From the NCBI GenBank assembly GCA_965279035.1, contig OZ257142.1, forward strand, positions 480,001 to 544,000: DNA of 64,000 nucleotides, read 5' to 3'. Source of the DNA: Bacteroidia bacterium. Lineage in GTDB: Bacteria > Bacteroidota > Bacteroidia > M30B66. Both the position numbers and the translations under genes were made by a program. Below the pieces are notes generated by a model, which saw only the letters and a program-made list of their open reading frames with translations, was not told the origin of the DNA and did not search any database. Positions 49,064 through 58,629 of this stretch are shown piece after piece (the stretch's first letter is position 1; every line of letters starts with the position of its first letter).

Positions 49064-49929
49064 CATTTTGGACCTAATCCTCCCGTGTGGATATAAACGA
49101 TTCGTGTTTTGTTACCTAGTTTCTGTTCTTGGTAAAGAGCATACAAACCAAACAGTGCTTTTGCTCCGTAAACTAAATCTATTGGAATTTCTGATTGCTC
49201 CATCCAGTGTTGTTGAAATGCGATCAACTCCGGTTTTGACTTAGCATATCCACCAAAATGAAAGTTGGAGTTAAACTCCAAATTCGGATAATTCCTCGAA
49301 TCAAATCCGTGTTTACTCAATTCTTGTTGTAAAATCTGTTCACCTTTCAACACTTGAAAACAGAGCACTTTGCTTGAACTTTCTGCTAATTTCTGAGCTA
49401 TTCCAGCCGCGCTTGTTCCCGTTCCTCCAGGAAGAACAATCCAATCGAATGGCTCATCTGAATGAACCATTTTTGCTGCACCCAAAATCCCCGGCAATCC
49501 AGCTCCACCTTCGGGTACAATTCGACAGGAACCCAATTTATCGGTCCAGTTTTGCAAAAATTCCTGGTCGGTTTTCTGTCGATATGCATCGCGACTAACG
49601 AAATGAATCTCCATTCCATTCTGCTTCATCGCTTGTAACCACGGGTTTTCTACATTGTCGCCACGTACAATTCCAATGGTGCGAATTCCCGTTTCTTTTC
49701 CTGCTGCTGATAAAGCCAACAAATGATTCGAATACGCACCACCAAAGGAAACGACAGCTTCATTGTCGGGTAAATCGCTCAACCAATGAATCAATTTAAA
49801 CCACTTATTACCACTAATTTCTGGATGAAGCGTGTCGAATCGCCTTACTGTAATTTCCATTTCTGGCTTGCCGGGTAATGAAAAGCGAGTGGTTTGATCG
49901 TAATGTGATAGCGGTGCTAATGAAATCAT
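49063..49929 (-). CDS. ACC deaminase / D-cysteine desulfhydrase family PLP enzyme
   Basis: HPEISGNKWFKL, SFGGAYSNH, PEGG, GTGTS, FHFGGYAK and IHTGGL motifs. Start probably ATG 49929, since the longer ORF overlaps the opposite gene. Confidence 0.88.
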   Translation of the reverse strand: MISLAPLSHYDQTTRFSLPGKPEMEITVRRFDTLHPEISGNKWFKLIHWLSDLPDNEAVVSFGGAYSNHLLALSAAGKETGIRTIGIVRGDNVENPWLQAMKQNGMEIHFVSRDAYRQKTDQEFLQNWTDKLGSCRIVPEGGAGLPGILGAAKMVHSDEPFDWIVLPGGTGTSAAGIAQKLAESSSKVLCFQVLKGEQILQQELSKHGFDSRNYPNLEFNSNFHFGGYAKSKPELIAFQQHWMEQSEIPIDLVYGAKALFGLYALYQEQKLGNKTRIVYIHTGGLGPK

Positions 49930-50002
49930 CCTGCTAAGCAAACAATTTCTGCCGTTCGAGCATTCTATGCCTTCTTTAAATTTTGCGAACTTTGAAGCCT
50001 TA

Positions 50003-50200
50003 ATGGAAAACGAAGGATTCTCAAGACTCTCCAAACTCGATAAGGACGAATATTATTATTCTCCCGAAGGATACGTCGTTTTCACCGCCAAATATCTGCT
50101 CAAACGCGGCTATTGCTGCAAAAATGGATGCAGACATTGTCCCTATAACTACAACATCCGCACAGGAAAATTCGATAAAGACGCACATGGCAACTCTTAG
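50003..50200 (+). CDS. Small Cys-rich protein (DUF5522 family)
   Basis: YYYSPEGYVVFTAKYLLKRGYCCKNGCRHCPY signature. Confidence 0.85.
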   Translation: MENEGFSRLSKLDKDEYYYSPEGYVVFTAKYLLKRGYCCKNGCRHCPYNYNIRTGKFDKDAHGNS

Positions 50201-52232
50201 CACAACCGAATTAGAAGCATTTCAACACGATTTACTTGCTGGAATTCCTACCGAACTTCCTACTGCTCGTAAGCCCAATCCAGCCATCAGTCATGCGCCT
50301 AGGAGAAAAGACATTCTTTCTGCTGATGAGAAAAAACTAGCATTACGAAATGCATTGCGTTATTTCGAACCGCGTCATCATGCTGTTTTGGCCCCCGAAT
50401 TCATGGAGGAATTGAAACAATACGGTCGCATTTACATGTATCGTTTCCTACCCGATTTTCACATGCATGCGCGACCTGTCAAGCATTATCCGGCAAAATG
50501 CAAACAAGCAGCAGCCATTATGCTCATGATTCAAAACAACCTGGATCATGCTGTAGCACAACATCCCGAGGAACTCATTACTTACGGAGGAAACGGAGCT
50601 GTTTTTCAAAACTGGGCTCAATACCGTTTAACGATGCAATACCTCTGTCAGATGGAAGAAGATCAGACGTTGGTAATGTATTCGGGACATCCGATGGGAC
50701 TTTTTCCGTCTCATAAAGATGCACCTCGCGTGGTGGTAACAAATGGGATGATGATTCCCAACTACAGCAAGCCCGACGATTGGGAGAAATTCAATGCTTT
50801 GGGCGTTACTCAATACGGACAAATGACTGCTGGATCGTACATGTATATTGGTCCGCAAGGAATTGTTCATGGAACAACCATTACCGTAATGAACGCGGCG
50901 CGGATGTGTTTACGTAAACGTGGCGACGTGCACTCGGATGTAATTGAAGGGAAAGGATTATTATTCGTGACTGCCGGTTTGGGTGGAATGAGTGGCGCTC
51001 AACCTAAGGCTGCAAAAATTGCTGGATTGGTGAGTATTACTGCTGAGATAAATCCTGCTGCTGCTCGAAAACGTCATGCACAAGGTTGGGTTGATGAACT
51101 GCATACCGATTTGGATGAATTGATTTCTCGTTGCGAAGAAGCGCGTGAAAAAGGAGAAGCACTCTCGTTGGCATACGAAGGAAACACGATTGATTTGTGG
51201 GAAGCTTTGGTTCGACGCGGCATTCGGGTGGATATTGGTTCGGATCAAACGTCATTGCATAATCCTTTTGCGGGTGGATATTATCCTGCAGGATTTAGTT
51301 TAGAAGAGTCGAATCGCATGATGGCAGAAGAGCCAAAACGCTTTCATGATGAAGTGTATAGGAGTTTAGTTCGCCATGCGGCAGCTGTAAATAAGCTTTC
51401 GGATACAGGCATGTACTTTTTCGATTACGGAAATGCCTTTTTGTTGGAATCTTCCCGCGCTGGTGCAGATGTGAAAGGAGCAACAGCTGAGTTTCGCTAT
51501 CCATCGTATGTGCAGGATATATTAGGTCCGATGTGTTTCGATTATGGATTTGGTCCGTTTCGATGGGTGTGTTGTTCAGGCGAGGCCGAAGACCTTGATT
51601 TGACAGATCAACTCGCTGCTGATGTATTGGAAGAATTGCTGCAAAGTGCTCCGGAAGATATTCGTGGACAAATTCAAGATAACCTCAACTGGATTCGAGC
51701 AGCCAAGAAAAATAAATTAGTAGTTGGCTCTCAAGCACGTATCCTGTATGCCGATTCACAAGGTAGAATTCAAATTGCATTACGTTTTAACCAAGCGATA
51801 GCTGATGGAACGATTCGCGGGCCGATTGTGTTAGGTCGCGATCATCACGATGTTTCGGGCACCGATTCTCCATACCGCGAAACTTCTAATATTTATGATG
51901 GCAGTCGCTTTACTGCTGACATGGCGGTTCAGAATTTTGCAGGTGATGCCTTTCGTGGTGCTACTTGGATTTCGTTGCACAATGGCGGCGGCGTTGGTTG
52001 GGGCGAAGTAATTAACGGCGGATTTGGAATGGTGATCGATGGTACGGAAGACAGTGCTCGTCGCATTAAATCGATGCTCCATTGGGATGTAAATAACGGA
52101 ATTGCTCGTCGTGCTTGGGCTCGTAACAAAGAAGCTGTTACAGCCATTAAACGCGCCATGGAACTCGAACCTAAACTGAAAATTACTGTTGCAAGCGAAG
52201 TAGACAATACTATTATTGATTCGCTTGATTAA
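50187..52232 (+). CDS. hutU: Urocanate hydratase (long, eukaryote-like type)
   Basis: NNLDHAVAQHPEELITYGGNG, GQMTAGSYMYIGPQGIVHGT, GLGGMSGAQP, SDQTSLHN, GRDHHD and HNGGGVGWG motifs. Start at ATG 50187. Confidence 0.96.
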   Translation: MATLSTTELEAFQHDLLAGIPTELPTARKPNPAISHAPRRKDILSADEKKLALRNALRYFEPRHHAVLAPEFMEELKQYGRIYMYRFLPDFHMHARPVKHYPAKCKQAAAIMLMIQNNLDHAVAQHPEELITYGGNGAVFQNWAQYRLTMQYLCQMEEDQTLVMYSGHPMGLFPSHKDAPRVVVTNGMMIPNYSKPDDWEKFNALGVTQYGQMTAGSYMYIGPQGIVHGTTITVMNAARMCLRKRGDVHSDVIEGKGLLFVTAGLGGMSGAQPKAAKIAGLVSITAEINPAAARKRHAQGWVDELHTDLDELISRCEEAREKGEALSLAYEGNTIDLWEALVRRGIRVDIGSDQTSLHNPFAGGYYPAGFSLEESNRMMAEEPKRFHDEVYRSLVRHAAAVNKLSDTGMYFFDYGNAFLLESSRAGADVKGATAEFRYPSYVQDILGPMCFDYGFGPFRWVCCSGEAEDLDLTDQLAADVLEELLQSAPEDIRGQIQDNLNWIRAAKKNKLVVGSQARILYADSQGRIQIALRFNQAIADGTIRGPIVLGRDHHDVSGTDSPYRETSNIYDGSRFTADMAVQNFAGDAFRGATWISLHNGGGVGWGEVINGGFGMVIDGTEDSARRIKSMLHWDVNNGIARRAWARNKEAVTAIKRAMELEPKLKITVASEVDNTIIDSLD

Positions 52233-52262
52233 CAAATAGATATCATTTTTATTAACGGATAT

Positions 52263-52305
52263 TAACCTTGCAAATTGGAATTTGTATTTCCAATTTGCAA
52301 GGTTA
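52263..52305. repeat. Perfect 18-bp inverted repeat (7-nt spacer) upstream of the AAA ATPase gene; candidate operator
   Basis: TAACCTTGCAAATTGGAA (52263-80) and TTCCAATTTGCAAGGTTA (52288-305) are exact reverse complements. The repeat ends 4 nt before TATATTTG (52310-17). Confidence 0.85.
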
Positions 52306-52321
52306 TTTATATATTTGTGGT

Positions 52322-53488
52322 ATGATAATTAGAAGGGCTGTTCATGAGATTCGCGAATTGCTGGAAGACTTTCCGGTGGTGGCGATTATTGGTCCGAGGC
52401 AAGTTGGGAAGTCGACCTTGGCGAAAGCGCTTGAGGGCGATCGAGAAATCCTCTATATTGATTTAGAAAATCCCGCTGACCGAGTTCGTTTAGGCGATCC
52501 TGTTTTGTTTTTTGAAAGCAATCGAGATAAGTTGGTCGTTTTGGATGAAATTCAGTTTGTGCCAGATTTGTTTCCTGTCATTCGAAGCATGGCAGATAAA
52601 TATCCGGAGAACGGACGGTTTTTGGTGTTAGGTTCAGCTTCTCCCGATTTGTTGAAGCAAAGCTCTGAAACCTTGGCAGGAAGAATTGCTTATGTCCGCT
52701 TGTATCCCTTTTCGTATGCTGAATTGGAGAACGAGCCGGAATTTAGTTGGCAACAATTGTTGCTTCGGGGCGGGTTTCCCAAAAGCTATTTAGCACGTAA
52801 CGATAGCGCTAGTTTAACTTGGAGAAACCAGTTTATTCAAACGTTTTTGCAGCGCGATTTAGCCACATTGGGATTTAATTTGAATCCAGCGGGGATGTAT
52901 AATTTATGGATGATGTGTGCGCATTATCATGGCCGGATTCTTAACCATAGTTCTATTGGCAACTCACTAGGATTAAGCAATAACACCATTCGAAACCATT
53001 TGGAAATTCTCAAAGGAACCTTCATGGTTGATGTATTGCAACCTTGGCTTCCGAATCTTTCGAAACGTCTGGTAAAATCGCCCAAACTTTACATTTCCGA
53101 TTGTGGGATATTAAATGCTCTCCTGTCGGTGCGAAATTTTTCAGATTTACTAGGGAATCCAATCGTGGGTTTTGCCTGGGAAGGACTGGTTCTACAAACG
53201 ATGCGGGCGCAATTACCTGCCGATTGGAACATCTATTATTTATCAACTGCAGCACAAGCTGAAATTGATTTTATTGCTATTCGAGGAAATCAGGTATTGG
53301 CGATAGAATGTAAATTTTCGACGAGCCCAGCCTTGAGTCGAGGTGCTAAAGAGTTGATTAAGGACTTGAATCTAGAAGAGATAATCGTTGTAAGTCCTGT
53401 GGAGAATGATTTCCCAATGAGTGTAGGTGTTGATGTGCTGTCGCTGAAGAGTTTTTCGGCTCGAATGGGAACTAAAAAATATCAGTGA
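52322..53488 (+). CDS. AAA_14 ATPase with wHTH and DUF4143 / PD-(D/E)xK-like C-terminus
   Basis: Walker A GPRQVGKST, Walker B LDEIQ, LGSAS, ETLAGR, GGFP, KRLVKSPKLY..D.G and EIDF...AIECK motifs. Start at ATG 52322. Confidence 0.9.
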   Translation: MIIRRAVHEIRELLEDFPVVAIIGPRQVGKSTLAKALEGDREILYIDLENPADRVRLGDPVLFFESNRDKLVVLDEIQFVPDLFPVIRSMADKYPENGRFLVLGSASPDLLKQSSETLAGRIAYVRLYPFSYAELENEPEFSWQQLLLRGGFPKSYLARNDSASLTWRNQFIQTFLQRDLATLGFNLNPAGMYNLWMMCAHYHGRILNHSSIGNSLGLSNNTIRNHLEILKGTFMVDVLQPWLPNLSKRLVKSPKLYISDCGILNALLSVRNFSDLLGNPIVGFAWEGLVLQTMRAQLPADWNIYYLSTAAQAEIDFIAIRGNQVLAIECKFSTSPALSRGAKELIKDLNLEEIIVVSPVENDFPMSVGVDVLSLKSFSARMGTKKYQ

Positions 53489-53499
53489 TACACGTTCTC

Positions 53500-53577
53500 G
53501 CGCCAGCGATTGAAGCCATTACCGGTTTTGAACCGAAGGTGAAAAAGCAGTAGAGGCGTAAAGCGCGGTTCAGGCGC
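53500..53577 (+). ncRNA. Structured intergenic element resembling the Flavo-1 RNA motif / Bacteroidota intergenic repeat
   Basis: GCGATTGAAGCC...GGCGTAAAGCGC flanks with nested pairings (GCGCC/GGCGC, GCG/CGC, GCC/GGC, TAC/GTA, ACC-GAA-GGT). Resembles the GATTGAAGCGG...GCGGAAAGCG pattern recalled for Flavo-1; not model-verified. Confidence 0.45.
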
Positions 53578-53581
53578 CCAA

Positions 53582-54547
53582 TCAACGAAGTTTTAATTGT
53601 TGTCCTTCGTTGGGTTCGGAGCCTTCTTCGAGATGATTGAGACGATACAATCGGCTGAGTTTGATAGCATGTTCCTGAGAAATGGACCTCATGGTTTCTC
53701 CAGATTTAACAGTATGCTGTTCTTCAGACGCTTTACGACGTTTAGGTTGAATGTATAAAATATCGCCGGCATTGATTTTAGCCGAGGGTGCTAGATCGTT
53801 GTATTTTGGGAGTTGCCAGCGCAGTAAACCAAGTTCTGTATTGAGTGATTCGAACGTATCGCCCTGTTTTGCTACTATGTATTGCACGCGATTGCGAACC
53901 AAGACCGAGCGGCCGCCTTGTTTTTTTAATTCAAAATCGGGCAGATCGGTTTCTCCTGATTTTCCACGTGGTGTTTTAGGATTCAACGCCGATGGTTGTT
54001 TAACATCGTTTCCGGTTTTGACCGATTTTCCTAAAACGGCACTTCCTTTTTTATCGAGTTCGTAGAGGCGATTGTCTTCGATTGTTTTTATGAGCAATTG
54101 CGCATATTGCGGATTGGTAGCATATCCAGCTTTTTTTAAACCATGCGCCCAGCCTTTGTAATCGGTAATATCGAGGGAGAATAATTCGGCATAGCGGGAA
54201 CTATTTTTTAGGAATTGAGAATGGTCTTCATACGAAGCGAGCACCGTTTCATATTTTCTAAAACATTCGTCTTTAGCATCATCGTCTTTGGTAAACGTAG
54301 GACCTGTCCATTCTTTTTTGCACTTTATTCCAAAATGGTTGTTGGCTTCTGTTGCCAGATCACTATTTCCAGCCGAAGATTCGAGCAAACCTTGTCCGAG
54401 TTTGATCGATGCTGGTATTCCATAACGCTCCATTTCGGTGATTGCAATGTCTTTATAAGCGGCAATGTATTCGGTTGCCGATTGTTTGCGTTGAGCGCTT
54501 AGCAGGGAAGGAGAAAGAAGAACAAAAAGGAAAAAGCGATAGATCAT
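53582..54547 (-). CDS. GH73 glucosaminidase/muramidase with two LysM domains
   Basis: [28 protein letters not shown] and [10 protein letters not shown] motifs; LysM-like repeats (IVAKQGDTF; [14 protein letters not shown]). Start at ATG 54547. Confidence 0.92.
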   Translation of the reverse strand: MIYRFFLFVLLSPSLLSAQRKQSATEYIAAYKDIAITEMERYGIPASIKLGQGLLESSAGNSDLATEANNHFGIKCKKEWTGPTFTKDDDAKDECFRKYETVLASYEDHSQFLKNSSRYAELFSLDITDYKGWAHGLKKAGYATNPQYAQLLIKTIEDNRLYELDKKGSAVLGKSVKTGNDVKQPSALNPKTPRGKSGETDLPDFELKKQGGRSVLVRNRVQYIVAKQGDTFESLNTELGLLRWQLPKYNDLAPSAKINAGDILYIQPKRRKASEEQHTVKSGETMRSISQEHAIKLSRLYRLNHLEEGSEPNEGQQLKLR

Positions 54548-54662
54548 TTTGCAAAGAACGGATTTGTAGTGCTTTGTATTTTTGGGATGAGCTGGAGTTT
54601 TTAACGAAGCATCGTGTAAATGCTCCAAAGAAGAAAGCACGTTCGTGTTATCCCTTTTTTTC

Positions 54663-54670
54663 TACCTTTG
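54663..54670 (+). promoter_or_regulatory. -7 promoter element TACCTTTG for queA-ispD
   Basis: Exact TAnnTTTG match 26 nt upstream of the queA ATG. Confidence 0.7.
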
Positions 54671-54696
54671 CCCGCTATTTTTATGTTGCCCTACAT

Positions 54697-55746
54697 ATGA
54701 AGTTATCTCAGTTTAAATTCAAACTGCCACCCGAACTAATCGCTGAACGCCCAACAGACAATCGTGATGAATCGCGCTTGATGGTGCTGAATCGTAAAAC
54801 GAAAACCATTGAACACCGGATGTTCCGGGATATTTTGGAATATTTTGATGATGGCGATACCTTCATTATCAACAATACCCGTGTTTTTCCTGCTCGTATG
54901 TACGGGAACAAAGAAAAGACCGGTGCCAAAATCGAGGTGTTTTTATTGCGTGAGCTAAACGCAGAAAGTCGTCTTTGGGACGTTTTGGTTGATCCAGCAC
55001 GTAAAATTCGTATTGGAAACAAATTGTATTTCGGAGAAGATGATTCGTTGGTTGCAGAGGTGATAGACAATACTACTTCGCGTGGAAGAACCTTGCGTTT
55101 CCTTTTTGATGGACCGCACGAGGAATTTAAAAAAGTACTGTATTCTTTAGGTGAAACGCCTATTCCAAAATACATCAATCGTACACCGGATGAAGAAGAC
55201 GAACTTCGTTTTCAAACCGTGTATGCTAAAAACGAAGGTGCTGTTGCTGCTCCAACAGCTGGTTTACATTTTAGTCGTGAATTGATGAAACGCATGGAGT
55301 TGAAAGGGATTAATTTCTCTGAAATTACGCTCCATGTTGGTTTAGGAAGTTTCCGTACGGTGGAAGTGGAAGATTTGAGTAAGCACAAGATGGACAGCGA
55401 AGAAATGTACATTACTGCCGAAGCTGCTGAAATTGTGAATAAGTCGAAAGCCGAAAAACATAAAATCGTTTCGGTTGGAACAACGACCATGCGCGCTATT
55501 GAAAGTTCTGTATCTACCGAAGGGTATTTGAAAGAATACAGTGGCTGGACGAATAAATTTATTTTTCCTCCATACGATTTCCGTGTAGCAGATGCGCTTG
55601 TGACCAATTTCCACATGCCAATGAGCACCTTATTGATTATGGTTTCGGCATTTGCTGGACATGATTTCTTAATGGATGCGTATAAGGAAGCTGTTAAAGA
55701 AAAATATCGCTTCTTTACATACGGCGATGCGATGTTAATTATCTAA
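54697..55746 (+). CDS. queA: S-adenosylmethionine:tRNA ribosyltransferase-isomerase
   Basis: [50 protein letters not shown] and [12 protein letters not shown] motifs. True start is 54697. Confidence 0.97.
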   Translation: MKLSQFKFKLPPELIAERPTDNRDESRLMVLNRKTKTIEHRMFRDILEYFDDGDTFIINNTRVFPARMYGNKEKTGAKIEVFLLRELNAESRLWDVLVDPARKIRIGNKLYFGEDDSLVAEVIDNTTSRGRTLRFLFDGPHEEFKKVLYSLGETPIPKYINRTPDEEDELRFQTVYAKNEGAVAAPTAGLHFSRELMKRMELKGINFSEITLHVGLGSFRTVEVEDLSKHKMDSEEMYITAEAAEIVNKSKAEKHKIVSVGTTTMRAIESSVSTEGYLKEYSGWTNKFIFPPYDFRVADALVTNFHMPMSTLLIMVSAFAGHDFLMDAYKEAVKEKYRFFTYGDAMLII

Positions 55747-55753
55747 AACTCGG

Positions 55754-56425
55754 ATGCAAACCCACGTATTGATCGTGGCAGGAGGAAGTGGCCTACGTAT
55801 GGGAGCTGCTTTACCTAAGCAGTTTTTACTGCTAGATGGTATTCCTGTTTTAATGCATACGATTCGTCGTTTTTACGAAACACTTCCAAGTGCTTCTATT
55901 CTTTTGGTTTTACCCAAAGATCATTTTTCGTACTGGGAAGAATTGAAGAATATCCATGCATTTGAAATTCCTCATCGTGTGGTTGCTGGAGGAGAAACCC
56001 GTTTTCATTCGGTGAAAAATGGTTTAGCTCACATTCAGGAAGGAATCGTTGGAATTCACGATGGTGTCCGTCCGCTTGTGAGTGTAGAAACCATTATCCG
56101 ATCTTATGATGCCGCTCAAGAATATGGAGCAGCAATTCCGGTAATTTCAGTGAATGAATCTTTGCGTGAAGTTTTTTCAGATGGGAAAAATCGTGCTTTA
56201 GATCGCTCTACAATAAGAACAGTTCAAACACCCCAATGCTTTGATGTTTTGAGGCTGAAATCAGCATTTGAGCAAGAATATAAAAGCGATTTTACCGATG
56301 ATGCTTCAGTAATGGAAGCGGCAGGACATACAATTTGCTTGGTTGATGGCAATGAGGAAAACATCAAGATAACTCGTCCATCCGATTTAATCTTGGCGGA
56401 ATTCTTTTTAAAAGCGGTGAAATAG
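55754..56425 (+). CDS. ispD: 2-C-methyl-D-erythritol 4-phosphate cytidylyltransferase
   Basis: AGGSGLRMGAALPKQF, GGETRFHSVKNGL, IHDGVRP, VQTPQ, TDDASV and NIKIT motifs. Confidence 0.93.
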   Translation: MQTHVLIVAGGSGLRMGAALPKQFLLLDGIPVLMHTIRRFYETLPSASILLVLPKDHFSYWEELKNIHAFEIPHRVVAGGETRFHSVKNGLAHIQEGIVGIHDGVRPLVSVETIIRSYDAAQEYGAAIPVISVNESLREVFSDGKNRALDRSTIRTVQTPQCFDVLRLKSAFEQEYKSDFTDDASVMEAAGHTICLVDGNEENIKITRPSDLILAEFFLKAVK

Positions 56426-56472
56426 TAGGTAATTATTTAAAAATCCGGAAAAAAAACTCCGAATTTGCAGCC

Positions 56473-57744
56473 ATGAAAATCCTTTTGCTTGGCTCAGGTG
56501 GACGTGAGCACGCACTCGCTTGGAAGCTTGCTCAAAGTCCACGATTGACAACACTTTTTATTGCACCTGGAAACGCAGGAACAGGCTTATTTGGAACGAA
56601 TGTCGACTTGAATCCAAACGATATTGCTGCGGTCATTGCATTTGTTTTGGAGAAACAAATTGAATTGGTGCTTGTTGGTCCAGAAGAACCTTTGGTGAGA
56701 GGAATTGTAGATTCATTTGCTTCGAATGAATTGGTAAAACACATTCCTGTAATTGGGCCCGATTCAATAGGAGCGCAATTGGAAGGAAGTAAGGATTTTT
56801 CCAAGGCATTTATGGAGCGGCACAAAATTCCTACGGCGCGTTATCGAAGTTTTACCCCTGCTTTGATGCAAGAAGGGAAGGAATTTCTAAAGAGTTTTCA
56901 TCCGCCTTATGTGTTAAAAGCGTCTGGACTTGCTGCCGGAAAAGGAGTTGTTATTCCCGAAACATTGGAAGAAGCCGAATTGGAATTGGAAGCGATGTTA
57001 GGTGGAAAGTTTGGCGATGCAGGTAATGTTGTGGTGATAGAAGAGTTCATGAAAGGCATCGAATGTTCGGTGTTTGTGTTGAGCGATTCGGAGCATTATC
57101 TCATTTTGCCCGAAGCGAAAGATTACAAGCGCATTGGTGAAAGCGATACTGGATTGAATACTGGAGGAATGGGAGCGGTTTCGCCCGTTCCATTTTGCAC
57201 ACCTGAATTCATGGAGAAAATCCGCCAGCAGATTATTGATCCTACCATTTTGGGTTTAAAGCAAGAAGGCATTGTTTACAAAGGCTTTATCTTTTTCGGT
57301 ATCATGAATGTGGATGGAAATCCCATGGTGGTTGAATACAACTGTCGTTTAGGTGATCCCGAAACCGAAGTGGTTATACCAAGAATTGAAAACGATTTGA
57401 TTGATTTATTGGAAGCAGTTGCGAAAGGAGAACTACACACTCATGTATTAAAAACACGATCTGAAATAGCAGTTACTGTGATGACTGTTTCGGGTGGTTA
57501 TCCTGGAGATTATGAGAAAGGAAAAGTAATTCATGGATTAAAAGAGCTTCAAGGAGAACTTGTTTTTCATGCTGGAACGAAATCCCAAGGAGATCAAATT
57601 ATTACGAATGGTGGTCGCGTATTGGCATTTACTTCTTTGGCTTCTACGATAAAAGAAGCAGCCGATCGTTCTTATAAAAACATCAACACCATCTGTTATG
57701 ATGGAATTTATTATCGCCGCGATATTGGAAAAGACCTTTGTTGA
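56473..57744 (+). CDS. purD: Phosphoribosylamine--glycine ligase
   Basis: GSGGREHALAW, APGNAG, LEGSKDFSK, GLAAGKGV, NTGGMGA and EYNCRLGDPE motifs. Confidence 0.97.
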   Translation: MKILLLGSGGREHALAWKLAQSPRLTTLFIAPGNAGTGLFGTNVDLNPNDIAAVIAFVLEKQIELVLVGPEEPLVRGIVDSFASNELVKHIPVIGPDSIGAQLEGSKDFSKAFMERHKIPTARYRSFTPALMQEGKEFLKSFHPPYVLKASGLAAGKGVVIPETLEEAELELEAMLGGKFGDAGNVVVIEEFMKGIECSVFVLSDSEHYLILPEAKDYKRIGESDTGLNTGGMGAVSPVPFCTPEFMEKIRQQIIDPTILGLKQEGIVYKGFIFFGIMNVDGNPMVVEYNCRLGDPETEVVIPRIENDLIDLLEAVAKGELHTHVLKTRSEIAVTVMTVSGGYPGDYEKGKVIHGLKELQGELVFHAGTKSQGDQIITNGGRVLAFTSLASTIKEAADRSYKNINTICYDGIYYRRDIGKDLC

Positions 57745-57763
57745 ATGGATTGAAATCCAGCAA

Positions 57764-58615
57764 TTAATTCAGCGAAATTGAAGTAGAAAGCTGTCGATTT
57801 TTCATAGAAGCAAAACGTTCAATTCGAGCTGCTTGATCTTGTCTCAATATGCGACACATCGCTTTGTACAAATAGGGAAGCTTTTGTCTGAATTCAATGG
57901 GAGCTTCAAAGAAATGCTCTACACACACTGCCCAAAATTCATGCATGTTCGATTTCGCATAGTCGCGCAAAAATGGGTGATGAGCATTCCTTTGCATCTC
58001 TTCAAAAACGGGAAGTGCAACCAAGGTCCAATCGTCAAATCCGTATAGCATTCTCCGATGCCCAAAATAGTCGAGATAAAGTGCATGTGCCATCTCGTGT
58101 AAGCCAAGATTTAGTTTGTCGGTTGCATCGGAATATCCATCTTCATAATGAGGCCAAGAAAGAATCACAATTCCATTGTGATAAACGGTTAAACCTTTCA
58201 CATCCTGTTCAAATAGACGAGAATAAAACATTTCAGGAAACAGGACAATTCGGTCGAAACGAGGAAAATAAAACCGTTCGATACCTAAACTGAGTTGAGC
58301 CATTGTTGCTCCTATGAGCAAGATCTTTTCATCGGTTATGACCAATCCTTCGCGTCCGACAAACCACTTGTTTTTAAGGATGTTTCGAAGGCGATTTCGG
58401 AAAATGGTCTGCTCATTACTATCAAGTAGATGATAAAATGCAAACTTTTCTATTAAGAATTTATGAAGTGTTGAATCGGTCCAAGTAGGGGAGATTTGGA
58501 CATATCCATCATAATCAGATTCTTCAAAGGAAACTGGATATTCCCCATCATCCTGTTTAAGAGAGATGGAAAAGATATAGAAAGCGATGAAAACAAAGAC
58601 GATTACTGCCCCCAT
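57764..58615 (-). CDS. Zinc-dependent peptidase, M90/MtfA-like family
   Basis: LSW...NLGLHEMAHAL (HExxH) and LRDYA..N.HEFWAVCVEHFFEAP motifs; N-terminal hydrophobic anchor. Confidence 0.8.
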   Translation of the reverse strand: MGAVIVFVFIAFYIFSISLKQDDGEYPVSFEESDYDGYVQISPTWTDSTLHKFLIEKFAFYHLLDSNEQTIFRNRLRNILKNKWFVGREGLVITDEKILLIGATMAQLSLGIERFYFPRFDRIVLFPEMFYSRLFEQDVKGLTVYHNGIVILSWPHYEDGYSDATDKLNLGLHEMAHALYLDYFGHRRMLYGFDDWTLVALPVFEEMQRNAHHPFLRDYAKSNMHEFWAVCVEHFFEAPIEFRQKLPYLYKAMCRILRQDQAARIERFASMKNRQLSTSISLN

Positions 58616-58629
58616 GCAGGAATTTTAGA

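Noticed and set aside
54442-54696. 85-aa N-terminal extension of QueA, and similar extensions of the glucosaminidase, ACC deaminase-like, nuoA and recX ORFs
   Set aside because: These are longest-ORF artefacts that overlap opposite-strand genes or promoters. Family homology begins at the downstream starts.
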